64,000 nucleotides of DNA, from contig NC_057719.1 of assembly GCF_004010195.1 (NCBI RefSeq), positions 44,549,678 through 44,613,677 of the forward strand, read 5' to 3'. The DNA comes from Chiloscyllium plagiosum. Lineage: Eukaryota. This document shows positions 1 through 12,807 of the stretch, piece by piece (position 1 is the first letter of the stretch; each line of letters starts with the position of its first letter). Under the pieces are notes generated by a model. That model saw only the letters and a program-made list of their open reading frames with translations, had not been told where the DNA came from and did not search any database. The translations under genes were made by a program, and so were the position numbers.

Positions 1-683
1 TAACCAATGTCCTCTACAGCCGCAACATGACCTCCTAACTCCTGTACTCAATACTCTGACCAATAAAGGAAAGCATACCAAACGCCTTCTTCACTATCCT
101 ATCTACCTGCGACTCCACTTTCAAGGAGTTATGAACCCGGCACTCCAAGGTCTCTTTGTTCAGCAACACTCCCTAGTATCTTACCACTAAGTGTATAAGT
201 CCTGCTAAGATTTGCTTTCCCAAAATGCAGCACCTTGCATTTATCTGAAATAAACTCCATCTGCCACTTCTCAGCCCATTGGTCCATCTGATCAAGATCT
301 TGTTGTAATCTGAGGTAACCGTCTTCCCTGTCCACCACACCACCAATTTTCGTGTCATTTGCAAACTTACTAGCTTACTTACATCGTATGCTTGCATCCA
401 AATCATTTATATAAATGACAAAAAGTAGAGGACCCAGCACCGATCCTTGTGGCTCTCCACTGGCCATAGGCCTCCAGTCTGAAAAACAACCCTCCACCAC
501 CACCCTCTATCTTCTACCTTTGAGTCAGTTCTGTTTCCACCTGGCTAGTTCTCCCTGTATTCCGTGAGATCTAACCTTGCTAACCAGTCTCCCATGGGGA
601 ACCTTGTTGAATGCCTTACTGAAGTCCATATAGATCACATCTACCACTCTGCCCTCATCAATCCTCTTTGTTACTTCTTCAAA
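1..683 (-). mobile_element. CR1 LINE fragment (ORF2 RT region), truncated by window start
   Basis: Minus-strand KFANDTKIGGVVD...LQQDLDQMDQWAEKWQMEF..KCKVLHFG, the CR1 RT C-terminal signature. Confidence 0.9.
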
Positions 684-1758
684 GAAAAAGAGGTGTTCGG
701 ATGTACAGGAAAATCTCTGCTGGATGTGGAAGAATCCTATGGGCCCTTGGATGGAGGTGAGGTGGGAGGTGTGGGTGCAGGTGTTACACCTCTTGCAGTG
801 GCTAAGGAAGGTGCTGGGAGTGGAGGGTGGGTTGGTGGGTGCCGTGGTCCTAACAAGGGAGTCACAGAGGGTCTCTGCAGAATGTTGAAAGGGGTGAGAA
901 TGGAAATATATCTCTGGTGGTGGGTTCGACTGTAGGTGGCAGAGAATGATGCATTGTATCCAGAGGTTGATAGGGTGGAAAGTGAGAACCAGGAGTCTCT
1001 CTCCTTGTTGTGGTTGGAGGGATGGGGTTCAAGGGCAGAGCTGCGGGAAGTGAAAGAGATGCACTGGAGGGCATCGTTGACCACGTGGTAGGGGAAATTG
1101 CAATCCTTGAAGTAGGAGGCCATCTGGCATGTCCTGGAGTGGAATTGCTCCTCCTGGGCGCAGATGCGGCAGAAGTGGAGCAATTGAGAGTGAGGGATAA
1201 CATTTTTACAGGAAAGTGGTGGGAGGAGATGTAGTCCAGGTAGCTATGGGAGTCGATGGGTTTGAAGTAGATCTCCGTGTTGAGTCAGTCGCCGGAAAGA
1301 GGTCCAGGAAGGGGAGGGTGATGTCTGAGATGATCCAGGTGAACTTGAGGTCAGAGTGGAAGGTGTTTGTGAAGGAAATTCAGACCAAAAGTGTAGCCAT
1401 GGGTACCCGCATGGACCCCAGCTATGGCAGCCTCTTCATCAGGTATGTGGTACAAATCAACTAAAAGTGAGGACTGCAGATGCTGGAAACCAGAGTTTAG
1501 ATCAGGGTGGTGCTGGAAAAGCACAGCAGGTCAGGCAGCATCCGAGAAGCAGGAAAATCGACATTTTGGGCAAAAGCCCTTCATCAGGAATAGAGGCAGG
1601 GAGCCTCCAGGGAGGAGAGGTATGTGGTACAGTCTACCTTCTGCAATTACACCGGCACCATTCCCCACCATTTCCTCTGTTACATCGATGAATGTATCAG
1701 CACCACCTCGTGCTCCCATGAGGAGGTGGAACAGTTCGTCAACTTCACAAACACCTTC
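684..1758 (-). mobile_element. Penelope-like element RT fragment with 5' inversion
   Basis: Minus 684-1374 encodes RIC..EEQFHSR..QMASYFKD.NFP (PLE RT C-terminal region); plus 1378-1758 encodes QTKSVAMGTRMDPSY and an RYIDE-like motif. Confidence 0.8.
1455..1617 (-). mobile_element. PLE 3'-end mini-insertion with a decayed hammerhead core
   Basis: 14-bp TSD AGGTATGTGGTACA at 1441-1454 and 1618-1631; minus strand reads CTGATGA-A-GGGCTTTTGCCC-AAAATGTC. Confidence 0.85.
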
Positions 1759-1799
1759 GAGAAGAAAGAGATGTAATTGCAATTGAACGCCTGACATTT

Positions 1800-2110
1800 T
1801 TGGGTTGGACCAGAAAGATTACTTCCTCCAGCTTGGTAGTCTAGATTTAGAGAACATAATCTCAGGATGAAGGTTTGAAAATTAACTCAGATGGTTGTGA
1901 ATCTTTGTAATTCTCTGCTCAGAGGTTGGTAGGTACTCATTTAATGTGTTTATTCAAGATTGATGAATTTGGGGACACAAAGGAAATCATGCAATAATTA
2001 AGATAGGAAAGCAGAGTTGGTGTACTTGCTCAGCCATGATTCTATTAAAAGACAAATCAAATTCAATAGGTTGCCTGGCTTGCTCCTGCTTCTACTCCTT
2101 ACATTCTTAT
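1800..2110 (+). mobile_element. Old CR1-type LINE 3' end
   Basis: Degenerate CR1 3' motifs (actcag..gttgtgaatctt; cagccatgat; ctcctgct...cttat tail); same family as the tail at 43047 on the minus strand. Confidence 0.5.
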
Positions 2111-4326
2111 ATTTTTAATTTGTTGTGTAAAATACTTAAAATGTGGAAAATGCACAAGTAGGATTTCTTCATTAAGAGCACTGCACGCATTTATTCTATG
2201 AATCCATTTAAGTTAGTGTGGAGGGGGTAGAAATGATACGAGGCATAGGTTAATTGTAATTGACATCAAAGTTATCATTGAACCAGTGAGGATTGTTGAA
2301 AGCAGGCATTGCTGGTACAGCTCTGAGCTGATCACAGAAGCTTATCTGTGGATCTGGACTGCGAGAGGAGAAGCTGGTGCATTTGTACATAAATGATCTG
2401 CCTACTTCTGTTGCATAAGGTTGGGATAAACTACTTCCTGAAGATTTTTTTTTGAAAAATCTGTTTTGTAGATTATTGTGATTGAGCAGAACATGGAAGG
2501 TTTAGTTTGAAGCAGACCGTGAGATTTATTTTAACAATGCAGTAGGTTTTGGGAGTGGGTGACTGGTGGAGGTGGAAAATGTCTAATACACTGACACATG
2601 ATAAATTTATGTGATCTGCTTAGTGACAGAGTGGGAGCTGTGATGTGGAAGATTCTAATTAAAGAACAATGTGTTGGATGTCTGATTGCTTGGCAAGGTG
2701 CTGCATGGATAACTAGAACTAATTATGCAAGCAACGAAGGGAAAAATTTGCATTTATTCCATACTTTTGCACTTATATATGAGATAAAAAATGTTGCTTC
2801 TCAATAAAGAGCATTAATTTATGTAAAGTATTGAAAATTCCATTGAGATATATTGCTATACTTTCCAACCCATTTCTTATCTGTAGCGTCATCTAGTGTT
2901 GACAACGTAACAATCACACATTGCAAATTCTTTATCTATTTGCATTGATGTAACAGATGAGCTGTCGTTCAAATAGCTAGTAATTTAAAAATCTCAATAT
3001 GCATTTTAAAACAAAAGATATATAATGTATATTTGCATAATTCAAAGATAATTACAAAAACCGCAAATTGGATAACAAATACTAAATTGAAATAATTGAG
3101 GTAAGAATAAGTATTTGGTAATTGTAAGCACATTTTAGAAAACCCGCATGAAGATTTATTTTAAATTTTCTGAAGGTGTAATTTCCCTTCTGCTGTTTTT
3201 GAAAGAACTGAAACAATTACAGATCATTTTCTGTGAAAGTGACAAACTGAAGATTGAGACATTTCCTGGTGTGATGGTGGGCTGCTAATAATTTCCTGTG
3301 GTTCTGCAGCAGATGGACAAGCTTTCTGGCAAATGCATCTGTTCTGAGCTTGTGTTGTGTTTGGCATCAACTATTCCTGCAAAGTAGCTGAATTTTTAAA
3401 AAAAAATAAAGCTTCATGAAAAAGCTACATTTTATGATCAAAAAATTATAAACTTCTAGCATTCCATGAGTTGGTCTACAAAAATAGCTTTTGTTCTGTG
3501 TTATGCTCACCACAGTTGCAGAATCTAGAGACAGAAAACTTTTAATGGGAAAAAGACAACTATGGGGCTGCACCATTGAATGACATAAACTGGAAAATAA
3601 AGCAGACTGCATTAAAATTCTGTACATTATTTATTTGTAGAACTCGCTATGGATATTTTTAATCAACCTATTCAGAGATGGTATGACACATTTCTGGAGT
3701 AGGTGGGACTTGAACCCAGACGTCCTGGATCAGAAGTAGAACTCACTATAGGCTTTTTGTGAAACATGTATGCTATTATTCTAACAATAGCACCACAAAT
3801 AGCTCATGTTAACAGGAGTAAAAAGGTACCACATCCTGCAACCAATGAAAGCCGTGACTGGAAATTGTATCCATATAAAAGGCCTTGGATGTAATTTTCC
3901 CCTTTCTGAGGTGGCACAAAATAATGAGGAGTGAGATGACAATTTAATTTGACTCAAAAAATCGGATTTTCACTGTCAAGTTAAAAATCTTGCAATTAAG
4001 TCCTCACACCTGAGATGGCAAACTCAAAATCTCACTGCCGGATGTTGACAAACCTATGTGCATGCATTTGTATCTCATTTATAGTTTAACTCACTGTATT
4101 AAGATCATAGCTATTGCGACAATTGGAAATTTAGATGGATGCAAAAATTCAACCAGGAAAACATGGTTTCCTGTCAGTCCCTATTGCAGCTTGTGCGATG
4201 CCTGCATCAGTCATCTAACTTCCCTTCACAAGGAGCAGCTTCATCTGCAGAAGCTGCCTCAATGGTCAATGGGCACATTCCTCCAAAGCCCTTCATCCAT
4301 TCATTAACTCAGCATCGGCAAAGCAG

Positions 4327-4628
4327 CATAGAGTCATAGAGATGTACAGCATGGAAACAGACCCCTCGGTCAACTCATCCATGCTGTCCAGATATTCTAA
4401 ATTAATCTAGTTCCATTTGTCAGCATTTGGCCATATCCCTCTAAACCCTTCCTATTCATATACCCATCCAGAAGTCTTTTAAATGTTGTAATTATACCAG
4501 CCTCCATCAGTTCCTCTGGCATCTCATTCCATACACACATCACTTTCTGTATGAAAACGTTGCCCCTTAGGTCCCTATTAAATCTTTCCCCTCTCACCTT
4601 AAACCTATGCCCTCTAGTTTTGGTCTCA
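4327..4628 (-). mobile_element. CR1 LINE 3' end
   Basis: (GACTCTAT)n tail on the minus strand; RGERFNRDLRGNVF..WNEMP C-terminus. Confidence 0.9.
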
Positions 4629-5802
4629 TAGTATAATCTTGCTTGTCCTTGGGCCAGTCTAGTTATGGCTTGAGGGCTTCAAGTAACTACTTTGGAGCTG
4701 AAAAAGAACTGGGACTTGGATGTTTGTGCCAGTTTCTTTTATATTGAGGGAAAGCCAGGCATCTTATGAACATCTTCATGACTTTTAGTGCTGACATGGA
4801 GTCAGGCATCTCCTGTTTCTTAGCTCACATTTTAGCACAGGCGGTTACTTAGTCTGATTTGGGGGTATTCTGTTTCTAATTTAGCCTGATTCTTTGAGAA
4901 GAAGGAGAAGCAGGTGTGTTGTGGCAGTGGAGCGTACCACAGATTACATGTTTCAGTCAGAGCAGGGGTGGAGATGTCACTGTATGGTGTGGTGCTGTAT
5001 CAACTTCAGAACTGCAGCAAGGTGCCAGGAGCTGATGGAGCAGATACACTGCATGGGCTTGTAGAAAATGGCAATGTGTGAAAATTATAGTGGAGGAATG
5101 TTTAAGGATAGACTCCAGCCAGTCAGGGTGAATCTCCACAGTCAGCCCAGTCTGAGACCAGTCCAGGGGTTGGCCATGGTCAGTCAGGTGCATGACCCTA
5201 CAAATCCAGGGATTCATTCTATTGTAGGCTAAGAGGTCCTCATGGTCAAGTGAAGCAGTGTGAAGATCACAGGCAAGTCAGTCAGGGTGTTGTTGTTAGA
5301 TCAATCGCAGGGGTGGGCCACAGTCACTTCTCAACATTATGTTGTTATATTATCAAGAGGCTTATCAAGGTGGAGCCAATAGTGTAATGGGGCAGCTCAA
5401 ATCCTTGGATAGGCCTCATTATATTGGGTCACTGAGGAAATGGTGATAGAGATTGGGAATAATTGGAAACAGGGTAGAACATGATCATGTGTCAGAGAGA
5501 ACTGCAAGTTCTTAAAGCGAGGGAGGGGGGAATCAAGCAGAGAATAATTATTCCGGTCACTATATGGAGATGGTGTAATGGCATTGGGGCATCCAGAGTC
5601 ATGGGCTCTTGAAGTAAAGGTGTCATACTAATAATGAGGTAAAGGGGCTGAATTGAAATGGAGAGAGGCTTATCGGGTCACAAACAATGTTTCCTAAGCA
5701 TGGCTGCATACACAGCTGCTTCGATGTTCCGCGCACTATGGTATCATCAATCCTCATCTCATCTGTAAGGCAGCACTGGTCAACTAATCCATGAAAATTC
5801 AT

Positions 5803-6040
5803 ATAATCATCGAATCTCAACAATACAGAAAGAGGACATTCGGCCATCAAGTCTGCACCAATCATCTGAAGAGCATCCCATCCCGACCCAACTCCCCTCA
5901 TCCTAACCCTGTAACCCCACATTTATCATGGTAATCCATCTAACCTGCATATCTTTGGGCTGTGGGTGGAAAGCAGAGTACCCAGCAGAAACCCACGCAA
6001 ACATGGGGAGAGTGTGCAAACTCCACACAGACAGTCACTC
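5803..6040 (-). mobile_element. tRNA-derived shark SINE (HE1-like), 5' head cut off at the ERV LTR
   Basis: Matches the body of the SINE at 43684-44001 (aacctgcacatctttgg...gtgcaaactccacacagacagtc) and stops abruptly at 6040. Confidence 0.8.
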
Positions 6041-6722
6041 TGAAGATCTGGACCCATGGGGTGGGGGGTGGTCTCTCTGCTCCATTATCGGTCAATAAAC
6101 ACTACCAATTCAGTCTGGTTCTGTAAGATTTCACACTTTATTCAATTTGGCAGGACACAGGTTGTCCAGTAACACAGAGATTAATCACTTTCGTGTTCCT
6201 CGGAGAAACTGCGCGCATGGCTTAAGACAAAGACATTTTTATACCATTTTTGAGACAAGTACAGGGCATCATTAGAGAACACATTCAGACAATTACCAGT
6301 TAATTTTAATGAAACGACTTTATTGACAGCAACTTAGCCCAATGATATTTCCTGGGAACCAACTTTGTTTTCCAACATTCAAGTACTCCTATCTCACGAA
6401 CCCAGTCTCTGCACCTGCACTTGCAAGGTCAGTTAGGATGGCTAGTAATGTCTTACCTAGTCTAGTTATTTCTGTGCTGTAAAGGAAACATTGCTAATCT
6501 TTGTTGAGACAGACTATGGTTAGTTCAGCTTTTAGCAGTGTTAAAAGCCATTTTATGCAGCTTTAAGCAGAATTGTCCATTTGCAACCTAGAAGTCATTT
6601 CATCATGTTATTTGCATTAATAAGCCATTTTATTGCTGTCTATTTTAGTAAGAGTATGTATTAAATGGTTGTTTCTGACTACAACTAGTTTCTTCAGCCT
6701 GTATTCAGATTTCCGATACTCA
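6041..6722 (-). mobile_element. 3' LTR of an endogenous retrovirus
   Basis: TG...CA termini (TGA...TCA); minus-strand TATAAAAA 6236-6243 and AATAAA 6137-6142 in U3-R-U5 order; polypurine tract AAAGTGGGGAGA at 6723-6734 directly adjacent. Confidence 0.8.
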
Positions 6723-6749
6723 TCTCCCCACTTTGGTCATTCCATGACC

Positions 6750-9335
6750 ACATCATAGGATGGGAGGACAGATATTAGGTCAGTCCATTTGAATGGACAT
6801 TAGAGACCACCATACTTTCCTCTGCTCTGGGGAGGAAGATGGGGTAGGCAATCTCATCTCCTCACCATCATTTGGGTGGAAAATAAGCATTTTCTGGGGG
6901 ATCCGATGCTGTTAAAGAAGTTATTAGCGAGGCAATAATGCATTTAACAATAGCAATACCAGTAAAGAGACAACCTAAAACAATACCATTCTACATGGCC
7001 AGATTTATCAACCAGTTGTACCATGAGGCAAAGCCCCAATCTCCCCATCCCGCGCCTTCTGTCATTTGACTGACGAAGGTGCGGATGTTATCTACATGCC
7101 TGGTAATATTCCCGATGAGGTCAGTAACCCCTATCATACACTTGCCCTTTACGATGGTGCAAACCCCACCCCCTTCTGCGAGTAGGTAGTTGAGGCCATA
7201 CCAGTTTAGTTGGGAAAATAGGAGTAATTCTGAGACCATGTCCTTAACTCCTGCTAAGGCCACGCCATCTTGTTGACCAAGAGGGTGAGGCTGCAAATGA
7301 GATAATTTCGGTTTTGATGGCTAATAATTCCTGCAGACCCTCCTAAGGAAAACATACTAAGAAATGCTTACCCCACAGACTGAGCTTTAGCGCTGCCCAA
7401 AGCCTTAGCATCCCTCCATTGTGCACAGAATTCAGGTGAGACTGAACGTTTGACAGGGAAACCCCAAACCCATTCCCAGGTAATTGGACAGGGAACAGTA
7501 GTCGGGAAAAGTGTCCCTACAGCTACAGCATGGGGAGTACATATTTCATTAAGGATCAGGAAGTTGGTTGCTTTGCCTTGGCTGAAAAATAGAAATCAGA
7601 TAATGGAGGGGCCTTCCCCATAAGAAGCATATGTGACTTCCCCGAACATATGGGTAGTCCATGGCTACAAAGTATGGTTGTCCTGAGCATTTATGGTGAA
7701 AGCTGCTCAATAACAAGATGTGGGTCTTTTGATAAGTGATGCGGTTATTATCCCAGAATGGTTTCTTCCAACCCACAATTGAGAAGATGGAAATGCCATT
7801 AGGGGTCTCACAGTGAAGGGGGTGATGCTGTTACCCATACCACAAAGAGCCTGAATACCAGCAACAACAGAAACACACTCCTCCAAGAGGCATTCGCATG
7901 AGATGCGAGGCCCCACAGGGGAGCAGTAGCTACATTTGATCATAGCACATGGAATAGTCTTGGTCACATTCACATATCTTTCATCCCTTACCGTTGTAAT
8001 AATTTGGATAGGCTACCCCGGACCTGTTGGAGGGAGTCCACAAGCAACTAGCAGGTGGGGTTAAATAACAGTCAAAAAAAATATTATGTCCGGTAAATGC
8101 CTTAGAAGCATTCCATGCTCCTTTGTTGGGATTCGGGAGGGGGAAAGGGGTCAAAGAGTCTTTTGCTGATGTAAGAGCGTAACAGAGCACTTCATCCCGG
8201 CTGAATATTTTATTATGACTCTGAAGAAACAGATTGTTAGTGAAAGATAGCATTCCCCCTTTTCTCTTTTGCAGAGTGCAGATTTAGCCCTATTTGAATA
8301 GGGGCAAAGCTTACCAGGGCCGCCCATAGCACAACTGAAATCAAACTGGCACACAACACCCTGACAGGGTAAAGACCATTGAGACTTGTCCTGTAAATGA
8401 ACTGTCCAATCTTCTTGATACAGTTGACCATTGCGACAGTCAGTCTTGGTAATGTTCCATGCATCAAAGGAATCAATACACTTAATGTTAAGGTCCTAGG
8501 GAGTGTTGCTGAACAAAGAGAACTTGGAGTGCAGGTCCATAGCTCCTTGAAAGTGGAATCGCAGGTAGATAGGATAGTGAAGAAGGGGTTTGGTATGCTT
8601 TCCTTTATTGGTCAGAGTATTGAGTACAGGAGTTGGGAGGTCATGTTGCGGCTGTACAGGACATTGGTTAGGCCACTGTTGGAATATTGCATGCAATTCT
8701 GGTCTCCTTCCTATCGGAAAGATGTTGTGAAACTTGAAAGGGTTCGGAAAAGATTTACAAGGATGTTGCCAGGGTGGGAGGACTTGAGTTATAGGGAGAG
8801 GCTGAACAGGCTAGGGCTGTTTTCCCTGGAGCATTGGATGCTGATGGGTGACCTTACAGAGGTTTACAAAATTATGAGGGGCATGGATAGACAAAATCTT
8901 TTCCCTGGGTTGGGGTAGTCTAGAACTAGAGGGCATAGATTTAGGGTGAGTGGGGAAAGATATAAAAGAGACCTAAGGGGCAGTTTTTTCATGCAGAGGG
9001 TGGAATGAGCTGCTAGAGGAAGTGGTGGAGGCTGGTCCAATTGCAACATTTAAAAGGCAACTGCATGGGTATATGAATAGGAAGGGTTTGGAGGGTTATG
9101 GCGGGTGGGACTAGATTGGGTTGGGATATCTGGTCAGCATGAACGAGTTGGACCGTTCTGTTTCCGTGCTGTACATCTCTATGACTCTATGACTCTCGGC
9201 ACACAGGACATCTTTTCTGCATAAATGGTACACAGTCTCTGGTTGTTCAGGATCACACAGGTAAACAGTCCCTTCTTGAGCACCAATGCCAGCGATGACA
9301 AGTCCATATAGCAGAGTAATTTCTATCTTCATCAT
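6750..9335 (-). pseudogene. env: ERV env pseudogene (signal peptide, Cys-rich SU, gamma-type TM), split by a CR1
   Basis: MMKIEITLLYGLVIAGIGA signal peptide; Cys-rich SU; TM SQLNWYGLNYLLAEGGGVCTIVKGKC (immunosuppressive domain + CX6C), Trp-rich MPER and hydrophobic anchor; frameshifts and stops. Confidence 0.85.
8476..9196 (+). mobile_element. 5'-truncated CR1 LINE inserted in ERV env
   Basis: LYRTLVRPLLEYCMQFWSP..KDVVKLERV ORF2 C-terminus; (CTATGACT)n tail. Confidence 0.93.
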
Positions 9336-9610
9336 CTCTCCCCTTGCAAGGGGCTCATCTGATAACTTTACAATGATGGAGGTGCCGGCGATGTTATCAG
9401 CAGTAGGGGTGGTGAGGCGAACCTGGAAGGGCCCCTCCAATCAAGGTTAGAAGCCACAGCTTGTCCGTTGTAATAGAGTATAAACCATTCCCTCTTTGTC
9501 CAAGTGTGTACAAAATGCACATAATCAACTAAAATAGGCAGCAGCAAAGAAGGAACACAAACTTGTCCAGCAGAAGTCACCCACATTTTAGTTTGAGTAT
9601 CAAGGGAATA

Positions 9611-10600
9611 AGCGCGAAAAATGTGTTGCTGGAAAAGTGCAGCAGGTCAGGCAGCATCCAAGGAGCAGGAGAATCGACGTTTCAGCCATAAGCCCTTCTT
9701 CAGGAATGAGGAGGGTGTGCCAAGCAGGCTAAGATAAAAGGTAGGGAGAAGGGACTTGGGGGAGGGGCGTTGGGAATGCAATAGGTGGAAGGAGGTTAAG
9801 GTGAGGGTGATAGGCCGGAGAGGGGGTGGGGGCANNNNNNNNNNNNNNNNNNNNNNNNNNNNNNNNNNNNNNNNNNNNNNNNNNNNNNNNNNNNNNNNNN
9901 NNNNNNNNNNNNNNNNNNNNNNNNNNNNNNNNNNNNNNNNNNNNNNNNNNNNNNNNNNNNNNNNNNNNNNNNNNNNNNNNNNNNNNNNNNNNNNNNNNNN
10001 NNNNNNNNNNNNNNNNNNNNNNNNNNNNNNNNNNNNNNNNNNNNNNNNNNNNNNNNNNNNNNNNNNNNNNNNNNNNNNNNNNNNNNNNNNNNNNNNNNNN
10101 NNNNNNNNNNNNNNNNNNNNNNNNNNNNNNNNNNNNNNNNNNNNNNNNNNNNNNNNNNNNNNNNNNNNNNNNNNNNNNNNNNNNNNNNNNNNNNNNNNNN
10201 NNNNNNNNNNNNNNNNNNNNNNNNGGGGAGGGAAATATATCCTTGGTGGTGGGGTCTGTTTGGAGGTGGCGGAAATGACGAAGGATGATACGATGTATCT
10301 GGAAGTTGGTGGGGTGGTAGGTGAGGACCAGTGGGGTTCTGTCCTGGTGGTGATTGGAGGGGCAGGGTTCAAGGGCAGAGGAGTGGGAAGTGGAGGAGAT
10401 GCGGTGGAGAGCATCGTCAACCATGTCTGAGGGGAAATTGCGGTCTTTGAAGAAGGAGGCCATCTGGGTTGTTCGGTATTGGAATTGGTCTTCCTGGGAG
10501 CAGATGCGGCGGAGGTGAAGGAATTGGGAATATGGGATGGCGTTTTTACAGGGGGCAGGGTAGGAGGAGGTGTAATCTAGGTAGCTGTGGGAGTCAGTTG
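9611..10600 (-). mobile_element. Penelope-like element (RT C-terminus to 3' end with hammerhead), spans the assembly gap
   Basis: 14-bp TSD GTATC(A/G)AGGGAATA at 9597-9610 and 10601-10614; QMASFFKDRNFP...PLVLTYHP; hammerhead core at 9672-9707 on the minus strand. Confidence 0.88.
9835..10224. other. Assembly gap (390 N)
   Basis: Run of N flanked by G-rich PLE sequence. Confidence 1.
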
Positions 10601-12807
10601 GTATCGAGGGAATACCCTATTTGAGGCCATAGTTTGAGTTCTTCAGCAGGGGCCTTCCCCTGTGATTTCTGTACCTTACCCAGGTCTGGTATACCTATCC
10701 CATATTGTCTCTATCCAGGTTTTGCTGGGGGCCCAATGGAACCAGAAGTTTGGGGTGTAAGGCTGCCTGCTTCCATTGCTTTGGAAACTATATCAGTTAC
10801 CTCAGTGTGAGCCAAACACCTTGATAACTGCCAATTCGATTGGATAAAACAGCATTACTACAACGCCGCACCATATGGATTAAAACTCCTTTATGTTCCC
10901 ACAAGGCTCCAAAATCGTGGATCACAGCACAATGAAAAGTCAGTGTATATTAGCAGATTTCCTTTTGGTAGGATGCAAGCATGTTGATTGCCTACGTTAG
11001 CTCCAGAGTAACATTAAAGACACATCACTCCCCAGAGGCTACATTTCCACAGTTAAAACAGGTGCCAGCCATTTGACCCTGGAGGATTTTGCTGTCTTGT
11101 TCTCAGTCTCAAAGGTATAATACTGGGGCCTACCTGTCCCCATTTTCAGAGTCCCTTCGGGAAAAGGTTATAGCATAGCCACAGCATAATCTTAAATCAT
11201 TGTAGGTGTAAATTCTCTTAAAAAATATCAAATGCCATAATCTGAAGCTTTTTTAAAATCCACTGCTCTTTAAATGTGAAAGAAGCAGGCTTAAACTCTC
11301 AATGCGGGTTAAAACAAAGCCTTTGCATTAATTGATGGGGTATTTGCATAGGTTTAATAAAATCTGGTGACCCAGCTTAATAGAGTTCTTTGTTGTCATT
11401 TCCCCACTGACTACTATTATTTAATTATGAATACTTGGCTGAGTTTCAAAAGCCACAATCATCTCAGCTGTAGAATCTCAGTTTGCAGTTTGATGGAGAG
11501 TTTAATGTGAATGTTAGATAAGTATCTGTCTTTGTGGGGTCTGAATAAACATATTTTGATTAATCACTTCAGATTTAAAAGCTTTGCATGGATTTATTAA
11601 TTGAGAATTTCCTTTCAGTGCAAAGTGTGAAGGAGTGAGGGTTGTATTAGACTGAGAGGATTTCTTTTCCATCCACCATGGTTCCTGTGATGTAGTCATA
11701 TTGGGTAGTGAATGAATGACTATGGAGATGTCATGAGAGTGTGAAGGGGCATTTTGAGTGAGTGAGACTCATGAGCTGCCAATGAGGTGGTTTGACATGA
11801 GACTTGAAGTGTGAAGGCTGAGGGCGAAGTGCCTATCAGCTTCTAAAACAATAGGGATGAAGTCCAGAAAACTGAAATATGCGCTCTTATCATCCCGACT
11901 TGGCACTCAACTATCCCAATGACGATCTAGAACTGTTGTTTGCACTGAAGCTGGTCTTCAACGCATCCCTTCCCCTACACAGCACAAATTGAATTGGCAC
12001 ATCTGCAAGCAAGTCAAACTGAGTATATCCATCTCATTAGTGAATAATAATTGGCTTTTGTTTGGCCTCAAGATATATCTATTATGGTTAAGTTTTTCTA
12101 CAGCAAGAGTGATGCTTAAGCACAATCCAGGTTTAGCAAAGCTCTACATCAGTAGCTAAAAATCACAATTCTGCTCTAGTCAATGTTAATAAATATATTA
12201 CATATTGTTAATTGATTAAATTGTTCGTAAATTGTCTCCAAATTGTTTTGAATCTTAATTATGTTCCAAATGTAGAGCACACCTGATTAACAGCCATGAT
12301 TATCTGGACAATAGGTTAAAGTTATTGTCTGGTACAATACAAAATCAAGTGTACCAGTCTTGAAGTACAATTATAAAGTGCTCAAAACATGCAGAAAATT
12401 TGGCAGAACCTATGGAGGCAACAAGAGTTAAATGTTTCTGATTAATTATTTTTCAGTAACTCAAGCATAGTTTCTAATGAACTTGTTCAGAGAAGTTATA
12501 AATGTTTCTGAAAAAGATAGGACTTGAACCGTCCCTAGCTCAAACATAGGAATTCTACCACAGCACCACATAATTTCCCAGGCATCATGTTGATACTTTG
12601 TTTACTGATATCTTGTGAGGCAATTAGGATGTTGCTACTGGTTTGCACTAAAGAGCATTAGGATGAGGAAAATGTAATCATAACTCTCATGTTCTGATTT
12701 TTATTCAAGTAATAAGTGCACATCTGGGACCAGGAAATTTTAGATATTAGCCTGATTCAGAGATGTCAGTTCCCACCTCAGCAGCGGCAGTGGCAGTGTT
12801 TTATCCT

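Larger units (their letters stand above)
9340..11620 (-). pseudogene. pol: ERV pol remnant (RT connection, RNase H, partial integrase), interrupted by a PLE
   Basis: RNase H motifs SANI(Y)TD and IHDFGALWEHKG near 10880-10960; IN N-terminal W..G.VCVP...H...H near 9500-9590; C-terminal GPFQVRLTTPTA near 9400-9440. The 11620 boundary is approximate. Confidence 0.75.

Noticed and set aside
8397..8918. 173-aa ORF as a host gene
   Set aside because: Antisense env sequence fused by chance to the CR1 ORF2 C-terminus
6750..9335. Domesticated syncytin-like env gene
   Set aside because: Interrupted by a CR1 and carrying frameshifts and a stop before the membrane anchor
9647..10463. Long ORFs of 150-257 aa
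   Set aside because: Artefacts of reading through the 390-N gap within a PLE
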